From positions 80,631-144,630 of the forward strand of contig NW_005434537.1 of assembly GCF_000315625.1 (NCBI RefSeq): a stretch of 64,000 bases of DNA, written 5' to 3'. A program made the translations under genes and the position numbers. The notes under the pieces are model-generated. The model was not told the origin of the DNA, did no database searches, and worked only from the letters and a program-made list of their open reading frames with translations. Below are positions 1 to 11,531 of the stretch, one piece after another (position 1 is the first letter of the stretch; each line of letters begins with the position of its first letter). This stretch comes from Guillardia theta CCMP2712. Its lineage: Eukaryota > Protista > Cryptophyta.

Positions 1-744
1 CATCGATCCCAACCCCACAGATCTTCAGGCATGACATGACCAGGCCGAACGAATCCGCTGGGCAGCCATAGTGATTCTTGATCTTGTTGTCCAATGCATT
101 CTGTAAAAAGACCATGTTTAGGTCTACCGTGTTGTTCCAAATCGTAAGGCAATCACCAGAAAGCACACCCTCCCTGTGAAATTGGAACCCATTCTGTGTG
201 ATCATCTTGGAAGAATCATTGGCGATCTCGATCATTGCCGCATTCAAGCGATCGACCCTGACCTGATCCAGTGGTTTCAAGCTTGGTAATATAGATTGGA
301 TATATCTCGATGTCTGATTGTTCACACTCTTGTAAGTCGATGCAAGTTCTCTGGGGAGTGCGCACGTTTCCAATATCAGTTTGATGTCTGGCTGTGCGCT
401 GTCAAAGGACTCGGACATGACACCCGGCTTTGACTCGATCAAGTCAATGGCACCCAGGCGCCCAGTGGTGATGTGGATATCCTTGATATTCAGACCAAAG
501 CAAAGGATGTTGCTGCCGCTCTTGATGTCCGGGCCACTGCACATCGCCATGAATTGGATATGCTGTAACTCCATCATGTTGCAATCCGACTCAAAGACAA
601 ATACATTGTCCTTGTCACTCACCCTCTTGCCTGAAAAGCTGCTGTATGCATTGTGCCATGCAAATAGCTTCGATACCATGTTGCCCGGCCTGCTGTTCTG
701 CATCACATAGGCCCTCACAGCAACGCAAATTTATTTTCACTCAT
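1..744 (-). pseudogene. 5' part of second copy of the 699-aa transglutaminase-like gene (runs off window; 1-bp deletion near 722)
   Basis: Matches 32179-32923 except caacgc vs caaacgc; the indel may be a sequencing error. Confidence 0.7.
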
Positions 745-860
745 TATCTTATGAAATTATTCAATTTGTCCAATAATCTCGATAGTCTTACAATCTCCTT
801 GTTCTTTTTCATGTACGAACAGGGCCATTCTGAAATAGGTTCATTGGTAAAAGCAAAATC

Positions 861-1292
861 CTATTCAGAGTCCGAGCACCCATCAAAATCTTTTCTTTTT
901 TTGCAAAGCATTGCGTCTTTATCAGTCTCTAGAGAAGGGGATGATCTCTTTATCTCTATGATAAGCCTGCCAGGACCATCATCAAACTCAGTGTAATAAT
1001 CGATGTACAGGCCATTCCCAATCTCCACTCGATCGTCAACAACGAAATCTCTGGACTTCAACCATCGCGTGGCCATGACTTTCATGCTCAGGTATTCCCT
1101 ATTCATCATGGTAAAGGATGGCTGTATACCCAACAGAGGCTCGATCCGTTCGTCGCGCGAAAGGCTTATCGGTATGATATGGTCCTTGATTACTGATTCG
1201 ATGGTATCAAAATCATCCATGGCAATATTAAGACTCATCCTGAAGATTGTCTCGCCACGTGGTTTATTCATTTCTATCAAAAACACTTGCAA
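861..1292 (-). CDS. Hypothetical viral protein (copy of 33040-33471)
   Basis: 143-aa ORF identical in both copies. Confidence 0.65.
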   Translation of the reverse strand: MQVFLIEMNKPRGETIFRMSLNIAMDDFDTIESVIKDHIIPISLSRDERIEPLLGIQPSFTMMNREYLSMKVMATRWLKSRDFVVDDRVEIGNGLYIDYYTEFDDGPGRLIIEIKRSSPSLETDKDAMLCKKRKDFDGCSDSE

Positions 1293-1316
1293 ATCTTTTA
1301 ATACAACGCATGTCCA

Positions 1317-2084
1317 CTAAATTTCCATCCGGTCCTCATGAGATAGGTCCTCCATCTTCTTTAACTTTCGGATAAGGTTGGATGTCTTGGGGTGGCGGAA
1401 AATCAAGGTATGGTTATTCAAATGCCACCATGCATTGACAATAGACAATATGATGAATTCATCACTCTTGTCATTGTTGCTCACGTCTCTGAATAAGCCA
1501 CGGGTTCTGTAGATCTCGGTGAAGCATTGTTTAAGATGGATGGGAATGATATGGAAATAGTAGTTTCTGAAACTTACGCCATCGCACAAAGAGTGCGCAT
1601 CCCTGTGTCTTGGTAGGATCGACTTTTTCTCCATCAATACATTGAAGAGGCGCTTTACATTCCTAAGATCTGGAATTGCAACTTCCCCTGGAGCTATGGA
1701 GAATGCAATTAACTCGTCCAGTGGAAGTAAGTTTTTTTTCAATGCATGTTGTTGATGTAAAGTCTCTACACCCCCTGACTGAAAACGATTGCATCTCCTC
1801 AACCAATTGGTGCATCGACAGCAGGTTGTAAGACGCTCGTCGCTGTCACAGGTCTTGCAGAGAGATCGGATACACTCCCAAGTAAACGTGGTACTCAACC
1901 AGCTGACATCGAGATTCAAAAGAAATGTCTCGACTCTATGGCTCCTTCTATCCTCCTTGGAAACCAAGAGCATGCCACATATGACACATATATCACACGG
2001 CTCCACAAAATCAGGGATTAGCCTGATGTCAAGGAACGTCACCTCATCCATGCTCACCCCCTGCATCTTCGCACAATCGATCAA
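1317..2084 (-). CDS. CxxC-rich hypothetical protein (copy of 33496-34299)
   Basis: CVIC, CKTC, CCRC motifs; duplicated ORF. Confidence 0.65.
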   Translation of the reverse strand: MIDCAKMQGVSMDEVTFLDIRLIPDFVEPCDICVICGMLLVSKEDRRSHRVETFLLNLDVSWLSTTFTWECIRSLCKTCDSDERLTTCCRCTNWLRRCNRFQSGGVETLHQQHALKKNLLPLDELIAFSIAPGEVAIPDLRNVKRLFNVLMEKKSILPRHRDAHSLCDGVSFRNYYFHIIPIHLKQCFTEIYRTRGLFRDVSNNDKSDEFIILSIVNAWWHLNNHTLIFRHPKTSNLIRKLKKMEDLSHEDRMEI

Positions 2085-2144
2085 AATGTAAAGTACTTAT
2101 GAAAGCACCAGCACACCTCAGATATGACATTTTTTTTTAAAACT

Positions 2145-2541
2145 NNNNNNNNNNNNNNNNNNNNNNNNNNNNNNNNNNNNNNNNNNNNNNNNNNNNNNNN
2201 NNNNNNNNNNNNNNNNNNNNNNNNNNNNNNNNNNNNNNNNNNNNNNNNNNNNNNNNNNNNNNNNNNNNNNNNNNNNNNNNNNNNNNNNNNNNNNNNNNNN
2301 NNNNNNNNNNNNNNNNNNNNNNNNNNNNNNNNNNNNNNNNNNNNNNNNNNNNNNNNNNNNNNNNNNNNNNNNNNNNNNNNNNNNNNNNNNNNNNNNNNNN
2401 NNNNNNNNNNNNNNNNNNNNNNNNNNNNNNNNNNNNNNNNNNNNNNNNNNNNNNNNNNNNNNNNNNNNNNNNNNNNNNNNNNNNNNNNNNNNNNNNNNNN
2501 NNNNNNNNNNNNNNNNNNNNNNNNNNNNNNNNNNNNNNNNN
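2145..2541. other. Assembly gap (397 N); comparison with the second copy implies ~2.6 kb is missing
   Basis: N run; flank offsets to the second copy change from ~32.18 kb to 34424. Confidence 0.95.
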
Positions 2542-3537
2542 CCTGAGGCTAATGCCGAGGCTGAGGCTAGCCGTTCGTCTAGGAAGCGTAAGGCGGATCT
2601 TCGCGATGTGCCTAAGAATCCCAAGGAGTAAGTGGTTAGTTTAACCTACTGAAACCACATATAATTTCGACTTTGAATTTCGAATAAACTACTATATACA
2701 ACTAATCTGATGTCACGGCCGGTAGCATAATTGACCGTTAAAAGGAAGAATGAGTGATTTTAAAGGGTTGTAGATCAATTCCTACGGCTTAGCTTGATTC
2801 CCATAGGGTTAGATTCAATGTGGGCCTCAAGGTTTTAAATCCCGAGTTGATCGGCTTACAAGCCGGCTGACTGAGTAGTCTGCACGTGGTCGGTAGAATA
2901 AGTGATTGAAAAAAGAGACAATGAGTGGTTTTAAAGGGTTGTAGATCAATTCCCACGGCTTAGCTTGATTCCCATAGGGTTAGATTCAATGTGGGCCTTA
3001 AGGTTTTAAATCCCGAGCCGATCGGCTTACAAGCCGGCTGACTGAGTAGTCTGCACGTGGTCGGTAGAATAAGTGATTGAAAAAAGAGACAATGAGTGGT
3101 TTTAAAGGGTTGTAGATCAATTCCTACGGCTTAGCTTGATTCCCATAGGGTTAGATTGGATGTGGGCCTTAAGGTTTTAAATCCCGAGTCGATCGGCTTA
3201 CAGGCCGGCTGACTGAGTAGTCTGAACGCAGGTGGATGAATAAGTTATTGAAAAAAGGAAGAATGAGTGATTTTAAAGGGTTGTAGATCAATTCCTACGG
3301 CTTATCTTGATTCCCATAGGGTTAGATTGGATGTGGGCCTTAAGGTTTTAAATCCCGGAACTGCACCGGGTGGTCGCTTATTGCGGCAATGTCCGTTCTA
3401 CCTTCTTGGTCAGCACATATAGTGTACTGGGGTAAATTTCGTCGTGGAACCCTGCAGACTCACAAGAGCCTAGCTCTAAGAAATATATATCGATGGTCCT
3501 GCTCTCGTGGGGGCAGTGCTGGTTGAAATTTCCTAGT
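2542..3537 (+). repeat. Direct copy of ~36966-37961 (end of the 859-aa gene, 171-bp repeats, spacer)
   Basis: Identical sequence at offset 34424, diverging after ...aatttcctagt. Confidence 0.97.
2741..3357 (+). repeat. 171-bp tandem repeat, ~3.6 copies
   Basis: aatgagtg anchor at 2749, 2920, 3091, 3262. Confidence 0.95.
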
Positions 3538-4153
3538 GCATTGTTATAAAAAATCCACCCGAGCACTATACGACCATGTGCAAAGCTGACCAAAATTCGA
3601 ATTTTTGGGTTTGTGGACTTGCATGGGGGGTGGGTACGGTCTCTGGAACCATCTGCGAGGTCTAGAACGGCCTCTGTCATCAAAAAACACGTAAGCCTCT
3701 GAAAAGTTCAGGCCATGACTAAGTGAGCCCGGCAAAAGTTCATGTATCGAAGACCGGCCCCGGGCACTATGGGGACCCCAGATGGGAGCTATACTATCGA
3801 TTACAAGGCCCTAGAGCCAAGGTCTAAGATTTCTTGAAAAGTTCAGGAACGATCATGACCACCCCACCCCCTGCTCTGACCGCATGGGCATGGTAAAATA
3901 GGTGGTGTTGGGTGGTTGATGCGGCCAGTCGATGGGAGGCTGTAGGGAGGGGAGGGGAACGCTTAAAGCTCTTCCCCTGGGCCGTTTTCGATGCTTCTTG
4001 CATGTGTCCCGACTTACTTTGATGTCCTGGGATCGATTTTTGGGGTTAAATGTTGCGTTTCTGTGAGGATAACACATTTTTCTTATGATGCTCCCTATTT
4101 GACGGTTACATTGCATGCTCAGCCATTTTGTGATTTTTAACTTGCAGGGTGAA

Positions 4154-7100
4154 ATGTCTTCGGAGCGCAAGACAAGGAGCACCAAGAGGGTCAATGAAGA
4201 CAACTTCAAGCAAAATCTCGAGGCTGCAGGTGATTTCTTTGCGATTCACTGCTCTCGCTGCCCTATTTTTTTGAATTTGATATGAAAATGCATGCACTTT
4301 GGATGTGAAAATGCGTTTCTTGCGCTGAAACTTTGTGGCAGAGCCTGAGAAGAAGAAGCAATGCTATGGGCAAGCCCCAATCATCAAGAATTTGTCGGAG
4401 ATTGTCAAGGTCTCGATGCTTGAGTCCGACAAGACCAAGCCTGAGGCCAAGCTTTCGTGCATGCATGGGGAGGCGGGTCAAGCGTGTAAGGAGGATTATG
4501 GGGCTTGTGCATCCAAGGATCTACTCCCTTTTATTGCCCATTACAAATGCTTCGATGTTTCGAAGAAGGAGAAATTTCCAAGCCCCGATTTCCTGCATTT
4601 CTGGGGAACCGCAGGCTGGTCGTTGCATGGATTTTCTGCTACAATGAAGGTCGGTGGGGTGATGGAGAAGGTCGATGCAGAGAACTCATCTTGTCAGAAC
4701 CTTGTAAAGGCCTGCAAGTCACTGAGCTCTGTCAATCCCGATGAGATGAAAATCCAGCACATCCTCCGTGCGATGTTCTCGGTGGAGAGCCTGTGGTCCA
4801 AGATCCCTGTAGAGGACTACTGGAAGTTTCTAGCTGACCTGAGCACATCGCAAGAAGTCCTTGATACCGGGATGGATGATTTCGTCTTAATAGTCATGTG
4901 TAGTGCCCATGCCTACTTCATCCGGGAGTTTGATCGCAAGGACTTAAAGGATGACCATCTGAACATGTATCAATGGATGCATTGTACCTTACCAGAGCTC
5001 ATTTGCAAGGGGTTTAAGAATTGCAATGATCTCTACAATTCCTACATAAAGTGGATTTCGAAGAATTTTGACATTGTCGATGCAAAATCTATAGACATGT
5101 TGGGTTACATCAAGGTGATCGTCAATTACTATTGCTTCAGCTTCCTTCGATACTCGGACAAGTTCACCCGTGAATATATGAAGACAGTGGCTCCCAAGGG
5201 CATGAACGTCGATATTGTAGATAGTGCATGCCTTGTGATGAGGAATGTTCAGTACATGAGGTTCGAACCCATGGACTACATCCTCTTTGTGAATTACGAT
5301 ACCAAGTCAAAGGATGACTTCGATGCCATCTACCTCAAGCAGATCATCATGGTGGACAATCCCTGTTGCTCCAGCAAAGGATTCAACACACTCTATTTCT
5401 TCCATGGCGAATTCTTCAACGAGATGCAAGAGGTGTTTGGAGAGAGCAAGAAATTTAGCCTCTTCAGCATGGAACAGCTCTTTGGATCCTACTTCAAGGC
5501 CGGGAAGGATGTCAGATACTTGCAGGCAACCATGATGGTCCTCATGGATATGATAAGCAAGAACTCGATCTTTCAGGTAAAATCTCTTTGTTCTTATTGA
5601 ATCTGTTTATTGAATCTGCTTATTGAATCTGCTTATTGAATCTGCTTCTAGGTTAACTTGATTGGGAGTGTGGAAGAAGATTCATATCAGTACAACTTCT
5701 TGTTTGTACCTGCTCAAGATCCAAGAATCAACTTTTTGCATGATAATGTTGCCGGATCCATGAAGATCAACCAGATCGGTGCCATGAAGGAGGGGATGAA
5801 GACTATAGAGTCCACTGCTCTATTGAATGAGAAGTGTACCTTGAGGTTCTACCAGATCGACAGGAACAAGTTCAGCCCGTATGGTGTAATGAATGCCAAG
5901 ATCAGCTTGAAGGAGTCCAAGATCAGGGAGGGTTATAATGCCTTGGATTTCAGAGATGATATCGTACGCATCATCGAGAAACAGCTAAACCCGTACGCCA
6001 AACTCTGTGACAAGCCATGCTTCTCCAAGGATGCAAGGGACTTTACATCTGACATCAAGGAGAACTTCGACTTCAAGGCTATCAACGAGACCAAGGTCAC
6101 TGAGAATATGAAACCTATCAACCTGATAGAAGCCGTCTGCAAGGAGATATTTCCAGTGCTCATGAACATCAGCTGCGGGAGCGAGGTTGGAAAGATCATC
6201 TGCCGTATGAGTGTGCTGAATTTGAAGAGGATGATGAAATGCTTCTTCTTCGATAACAACTCTACGTTTCAACTTGTTAAGAGCAATGAAAATGCCTTCA
6301 GTTTTGTTGCTCAATGCTACAAGAAGAAAGAAATCGTTGAGATCGTCGAATCAGATGACAAATCAGGCAAGACAAAAATGGATGATCCCATTCCAAAGAA
6401 GAAGGCTGAAGAACCCAAAACTAGTCTTGAAGCCGGTGCAAAGAAGGATGAAAAGGCAAAGAAGAACCCGGAAGAGATTGCAAAGGAAGCTCCAGAGCAA
6501 GCTTTAAAGACTGATGCAAAGACTGATGCAAAGGAAATTCCAAAGACTGATTCAGAACCTGTGCAGGAAATTCCGGATTTCGATATGAAGGTGATCCAAG
6601 CCGCCATCAGCAAAAAGATTGCTAGTAGTGCATCAATGATCGATCCATCGAAGATGAATGAGATCTTCTCGGAATGCATGATGGACTGTTATTACGACGT
6701 CATCTCATCGGATCCAAATCTCAAGGCCATCGTCGAAGATATCAAGAAGGATGTCAGCAAGTACGAGATAGCCATCAAATTGCTAGAGAAGAAGATCCAT
6801 GATATCAAGTTGGAGATAAGGAATAAGAAGGTGAACGAAGATCTCAAAAAGGATATCTACATGCAGCAGGACGGTGATGATGAAATCGTCATCGGTCAAG
6901 GAAAGAAGTCGCTGAGCAAGGATGAAATGGTCCACCTGGCAAGGAAAGAAGGAGTTTCGACCGATGCCTACATCCAGGGATGGAGGAGCCAAGAATGGTA
7001 CTGTCAGTGCTCTGACACAAAGAAGATGGGCAGGGTCAGGCTCAGCCCTCTCTATGAAACTCCTGACATGAAGACCCATTGCTGCGAGACCTGCTACAAG

Positions 7101-7469
7101 AAGCAGCAACTTTACATACTTCTCAACGCCCCCTGGAAGTTCAAGTTCAGCGAGTTGAAAGAGATCGGCAATCATTACCCCCATCCAAAGAACTACGACC
7201 TTCTGAGGCCAATCGATGGCTATACCATCTTCCAGTGTGATTTGAACCTCCTAGACAAGGTCCTTACTCTGAATGCCTTCACTCTCCGGGACTTGATGAT
7301 CATGTACGTGTCCCATTTGATCAAGAAGAAGAAATACGCAAAGGAAGACTACAAGAAGGCATGGATTGATGTAACTTCCATGCCAAAGGAAAGGCTTGTC
7401 GATGCTTTGGAAGAAGTCAAGACCTACATCAGGAAATTTGCAGATTTCTACTACAAAATCGCTCGCTGA
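4154..7469 (+). CDS. Large spliced hypothetical protein (~1042 aa; exons 4154-4229, 4342-5576, 5652-7469) with Lys/Glu-rich middle and Cys cluster
   Basis: Two GT..AG introns (4230-4341 phase 1; 5577-5651 phase 0) join MSSERKTRSTKR... to ORFs 4335-5600 and 5658-7469 in frame. Confidence 0.75.
5594..5645 (+). repeat. 13-bp tandem repeat (ttattgaatctgy x4) inside an intron
   Basis: Directly visible. Confidence 0.95.
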
Positions 7470-7480
7470 GCTTTTTGATC

Positions 7481-7560
7481 TCTAACATCACTAGGATGAT
7501 TTCTAACATCACTAGGATGATTTCTAACATCACAAGGATGAGCTCTAACATCGAGAGGAT
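7481..7560 (+). repeat. 21-bp tandem repeat (tctaacatcactaggatgatt, ~4 degenerating copies) just after a stop codon
   Basis: Directly visible. Confidence 0.9.
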
Positions 7561-7623
7561 TATTTTTCCAGTTTTTTAGCTCGATCGAATACATATTTAA
7601 ACAATAGCTATCTGATTCAAAAC

Positions 7624-8763
7624 GTGAAAGAGAATATGAATATTCTTGTTTTGCTCATAATGATGATTGGCTTTCCATCAGGACCCGCCAAGGCTCAACG
7701 CAAGAACGCTACTTTGGTCGAGATGCAGAAGGCTATGAAGGAGCTGTCTTTGCAAGATTCTGCTGCAGCCCAAGAAGAGGAACAGGAGGAGAAGAAGAAG
7801 CAGCCTTCAAAAGTATCAATCAATGATGTTGAGTTGGTTGTGAAACGTTTGGCGGTGAGGATGTTTTTGTACACAATTTACTCAAAAATCCTTTGTGCTG
7901 ACATGACACCTGACAAACTTGGGGTACATCACGAGGTCCTCATGGACACCATCGGACGTGATGAGTTCAAGAATCTCACAACGGAACAGAGAACACAGGC
8001 GAACGACTTGCAGGATCAACTTGAAACCATGTTCGATGCGGAAGACAAGTGTTTCCCGTTCTTCCCAGTACCTTTCGTGAAGATTATCATGAAGAAGCTT
8101 ACGGATGAATGCGTCTACATCAAGGAAGAGGACATTCAGTCTGCTTTTCTCAATGAGTCACTCGCTTTCAGTGAGGATCTTTTGCGTTCCAAGGAGAACA
8201 TCATTTCTAGATGCACGGTCGAGCATCCTGTGATTCCGGATGCAACCCCTTTCCAGATCGCCAGCATGAAGAAGTTCAAGTTGATCCAGTTTCCAAGTGA
8301 TTACAAACCACGTGACCATTACTTTATCGTCCCTGTGAAGGATCGAGGCAATTTGAAGATCAAGATATGCAACAAGCCATTCCTTGCCAAATCGATGGAG
8401 TCGATCAATTCGGTTGTGCAGAACATCGTGAGCATCAGAAACTTGAAGGACAATGTCGAACGCTACAAGAAACTGTCTGAGCTGTATACCAAGGTCGCGG
8501 GCCACTTCTTCAACACATATGCTCTCGAGGAAGAGGACGTTCATGTGACCAGGAGAATCGTCAAGTACAAGTACGCCCAGAACAATGACGGGCGCATGAT
8601 ATGTGAACTCGTTGTCCCATACAACAACGATTATGTCGTTATGATCAGCAGGCATGTTGCCACTGGTCCTTGTGTCAATTTTACCCACAACTTCAACATC
8701 TATGAAGATGGACCCGTCCCCACAGATGGTATCTTCTACATCATGGACAACATCGTCTCATAG
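7624..8763 (+). CDS. Hypothetical protein (~379 aa; 5' structure uncertain, may contain introns)
   Basis: Long ORF with the same codon bias as the upstream gene. Confidence 0.7.
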   Translation: MKENMNILVLLIMMIGFPSGPAKAQRKNATLVEMQKAMKELSLQDSAAAQEEEQEEKKKQPSKVSINDVELVVKRLAVRMFLYTIYSKILCADMTPDKLGVHHEVLMDTIGRDEFKNLTTEQRTQANDLQDQLETMFDAEDKCFPFFPVPFVKIIMKKLTDECVYIKEEDIQSAFLNESLAFSEDLLRSKENIISRCTVEHPVIPDATPFQIASMKKFKLIQFPSDYKPRDHYFIVPVKDRGNLKIKICNKPFLAKSMESINSVVQNIVSIRNLKDNVERYKKLSELYTKVAGHFFNTYALEEEDVHVTRRIVKYKYAQNNDGRMICELVVPYNNDYVVMISRHVATGPCVNFTHNFNIYEDGPVPTDGIFYIMDNIVS

Positions 8764-8886
8764 ACAGGTTGTGTAGGCCTAGATTAGTGTCCTGGTTCCG
8801 TAATAAATTTCATAATGAGCAATTGTTTTTGTGTCTTGGGTTTGATATAAATTCAATGGGTGAGTCGTCCATACAAACAAAAAGGC

Positions 8887-11506
8887 ATGAAATTCCATGC
8901 ATCATCATTATTATTCATCATTTTTTCATATTCAACGGAAGCGGCATACCCCCCAGCAAATACCCCCAACTACAATGTATACGTCTGGTGCGGAGTATAT
9001 GACACCTCTACGAGATATTTTTGCGGTGGGGCAACAACATTCTCGTGGCCATGCTCTGTCTATACCTCACACTACTACAAGTATGTCTACACTGGAAATG
9101 GGAACTGGCAAGAAGGTAAATTATGCAGAGATGGTTGGGATACACCTAGCTACAATTACTTTTACACGCCAGACTTGCAAAATGAAATCTACAACATCAC
9201 TTCAGTCACGAATGATTACTTTCGACCACACAATATGGTGCGCAAGTATCTAGGCAATCTTGGATGGGACTTTTTTCATATTTCAACTTACAAAACAGGA
9301 GATGGTACATGGATCTACAGACCAGAAAACAAAATACTTGCGTCTACGGGAGAGACATATACATTCGATAGTGGATGCCTTTCGAGCATTTACATAACAC
9401 TCTATTCACCCACCGACACCTACACTGAGACTGAGACCAAGCTTGTTGGTCAGTGGTATGGATCATATCCGGCCGCCGTGGCAAACATTGCAATGTCAAA
9501 TCCGAGTACGATACCCTCTAAGTTGAGGATTGCCATCGAGGGCACATGCAAGAGTTCAATATGTTACGGTCAAACAGTGGAGATAACAAAGTACAGTTGT
9601 GGCAATGTAAGTGAGTCGTTGTGTAGCGTAATGTTCCAGAAGCCTGTAATTATTTCATATCTTTCTTACACCGGTGTCTATCTAGACTCTCCAGTGTACG
9701 GTTCAATCGAGGTTTTATACAAAAAGATCAACATTTATTACACTAACACTGTAGAATCCGGCCCTACTGCAAGCAATGTTTATTTCTATCTCTGCTTTAG
9801 TGCAGGCGACATTCGACTTAGGACGTTTGAAGTTTTCTACGAGGGGAGCAATGTACAGAATTGGTATGATGTAGCTACGAGTCAATTATGTACGTTCGGT
9901 CGGTATGCTTCTACAGATGTAAACAATCCCTGTAAGGTATGCCCCGTCGGGAAGTATAGCAACCTGGTCAGTTTTGTTCCCAGTGATCCATCCCTGTATC
10001 AAGACGCATCATTTATCTGTAAGCAATGCCCACCTTACACCACAACCGATGGTATTAACCCCGTGGCCATCTATAGTGATTGCATATGCCCCCCGAACAC
10101 GACGCGATACGACTACACAAAGTATTCGAATATAGACTACACCCTTGTTGAAGGTCTGAATTATGCTTGGTGCATCCCTGATGATTGTCCAGTCGGATAC
10201 TACCATAATATGTACACATATGCAAATAGTTTTCATTATACGGATGTCTATACTTCAGTCTATCAATACATACGATGGGCTACATACTTCCAGATGACAA
10301 ACTATATCACCCCGTCAAGAGAGTGTTTTCAATGCCCTATTGGATTCTACAGAGACAGCAGCATGAGCAAAGAGAATTGTGTGGCATGTCCTAGTTCAAC
10401 AACAACAAAGTATCGGGGTTCGACATCAATTGGGGACTGTCAGTGTGAGGTCGGTTTTTACTTTTCCGTCTCCCAAGGTATATGTGCCCCCTGTGATGCC
10501 GGCTATTACAAGGACATTGCCGGAAACGGTGCCTGTACCCCATGCCCTTTAAGTACATCCACGCTGCAACTCGGGAGCCAGAGCATCGCATCCTGTGTTT
10601 GCGACAAGGGTTATTTTGGTTACAGCTATGACCAGTGCTTCGAATGCCCTACTGGTACTTACAAGGATGTGATAGGTTTCAACGACACTTGCCAGGACTG
10701 TCCCGGGTACTCTACTACAGAGTTCACGGCATCCACCGATTTCAGCCTTTGTAAGTGTGGGCCTGGGTACACTGGGGCTGATGGCAGCGACTGCACAGCT
10801 TGCAATTCCGGTTACTTCAAGAAGCTATATGGGAATTACCCCTGCATACAATGCCTTGACACATACGTCACCGTTAACGACGCCCAGGGGAATCAAGCCT
10901 GCTTCTGCAACTATGGGTACTACCAGAACGATGCAGGTACCTGCTCGGCGTGTGCTGTCAACACTTTCAAGGACACGATATCCAATGACAATACATGTAA
11001 AATCTGCACGAACTACAGTGTGACGCTGCAGACCGGGAGTACGAGCATCAATGACTGCCTATGTGAGCCAAGGTACGGTCTGAACAACGATGGGCTGTGT
11101 GTCCCGTGCGATGGGAATACATATCAGGATACATTCAGCAGGAGCACATGTGTGGGCTGTCCTTTGTATTCAACTTCAAACGGTTTCTCCATTAAGAGCG
11201 ACTGCCATTGCATTGCAGGGTATACCGGCCCTAATGGTGGCCCTTGTTATCCATGCCCCGCAAACACTTACAAAACAAACGTTGGCAATACAAGTTGTAC
11301 AGACTGCCCATTGCATACAAACTCATCTCTGGCATCCATTGCTCTGGCCTCGTGTCAGTGTGGGGTCGGGTTCCAAGGCGCTGCTGGTGGGCTGTGTCAG
11401 GCGTGCGATCCGAATGCCTACAAGGGGGTGATTGGGGACTTTCCGTGTAAGTGCAAGCCTGGTTACACAGGGCCGGATAATGGGGTATGCACGGCATGCC
11501 CGCAAG
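8887..11506 (+). CDS. Secreted Cys-rich repeat protein (GCC2/GCC3, ephrin-receptor-like CxxCPxGxY repeats); genuine coding appears to stop at a splice donor
   Basis: Signal peptide MKFHASSLLFIIFSYSTEA; many CxCxxGY..CxxCP repeats; repeat broken at CPQ-G by AAG|GTGAGA, after which the ORF reads the antisense of the next gene to 11685. Confidence 0.8.
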
Positions 11507-11531
11507 GTGAGAGCATCTGCTCGAAGCACAC

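Larger units (their letters stand above)
1..2144 (+). repeat. Direct copy of 32179-~34330
   Basis: Near-identical sequence (offset 32178/32179); substitutions at ~385 and ~1593, 1-bp indel at ~722, many 1-bp deletions approaching the gap. Confidence 0.97.

Noticed and set aside
2118-2624. ORFs spanning the N run
   Set aside because: Artefacts of the assembly gap
2741-3357. CRISPR array or primate alpha satellite (171-bp period)
   Set aside because: No unique spacers or cas genes; no recognisable alphoid sequence, so the length match is coincidental
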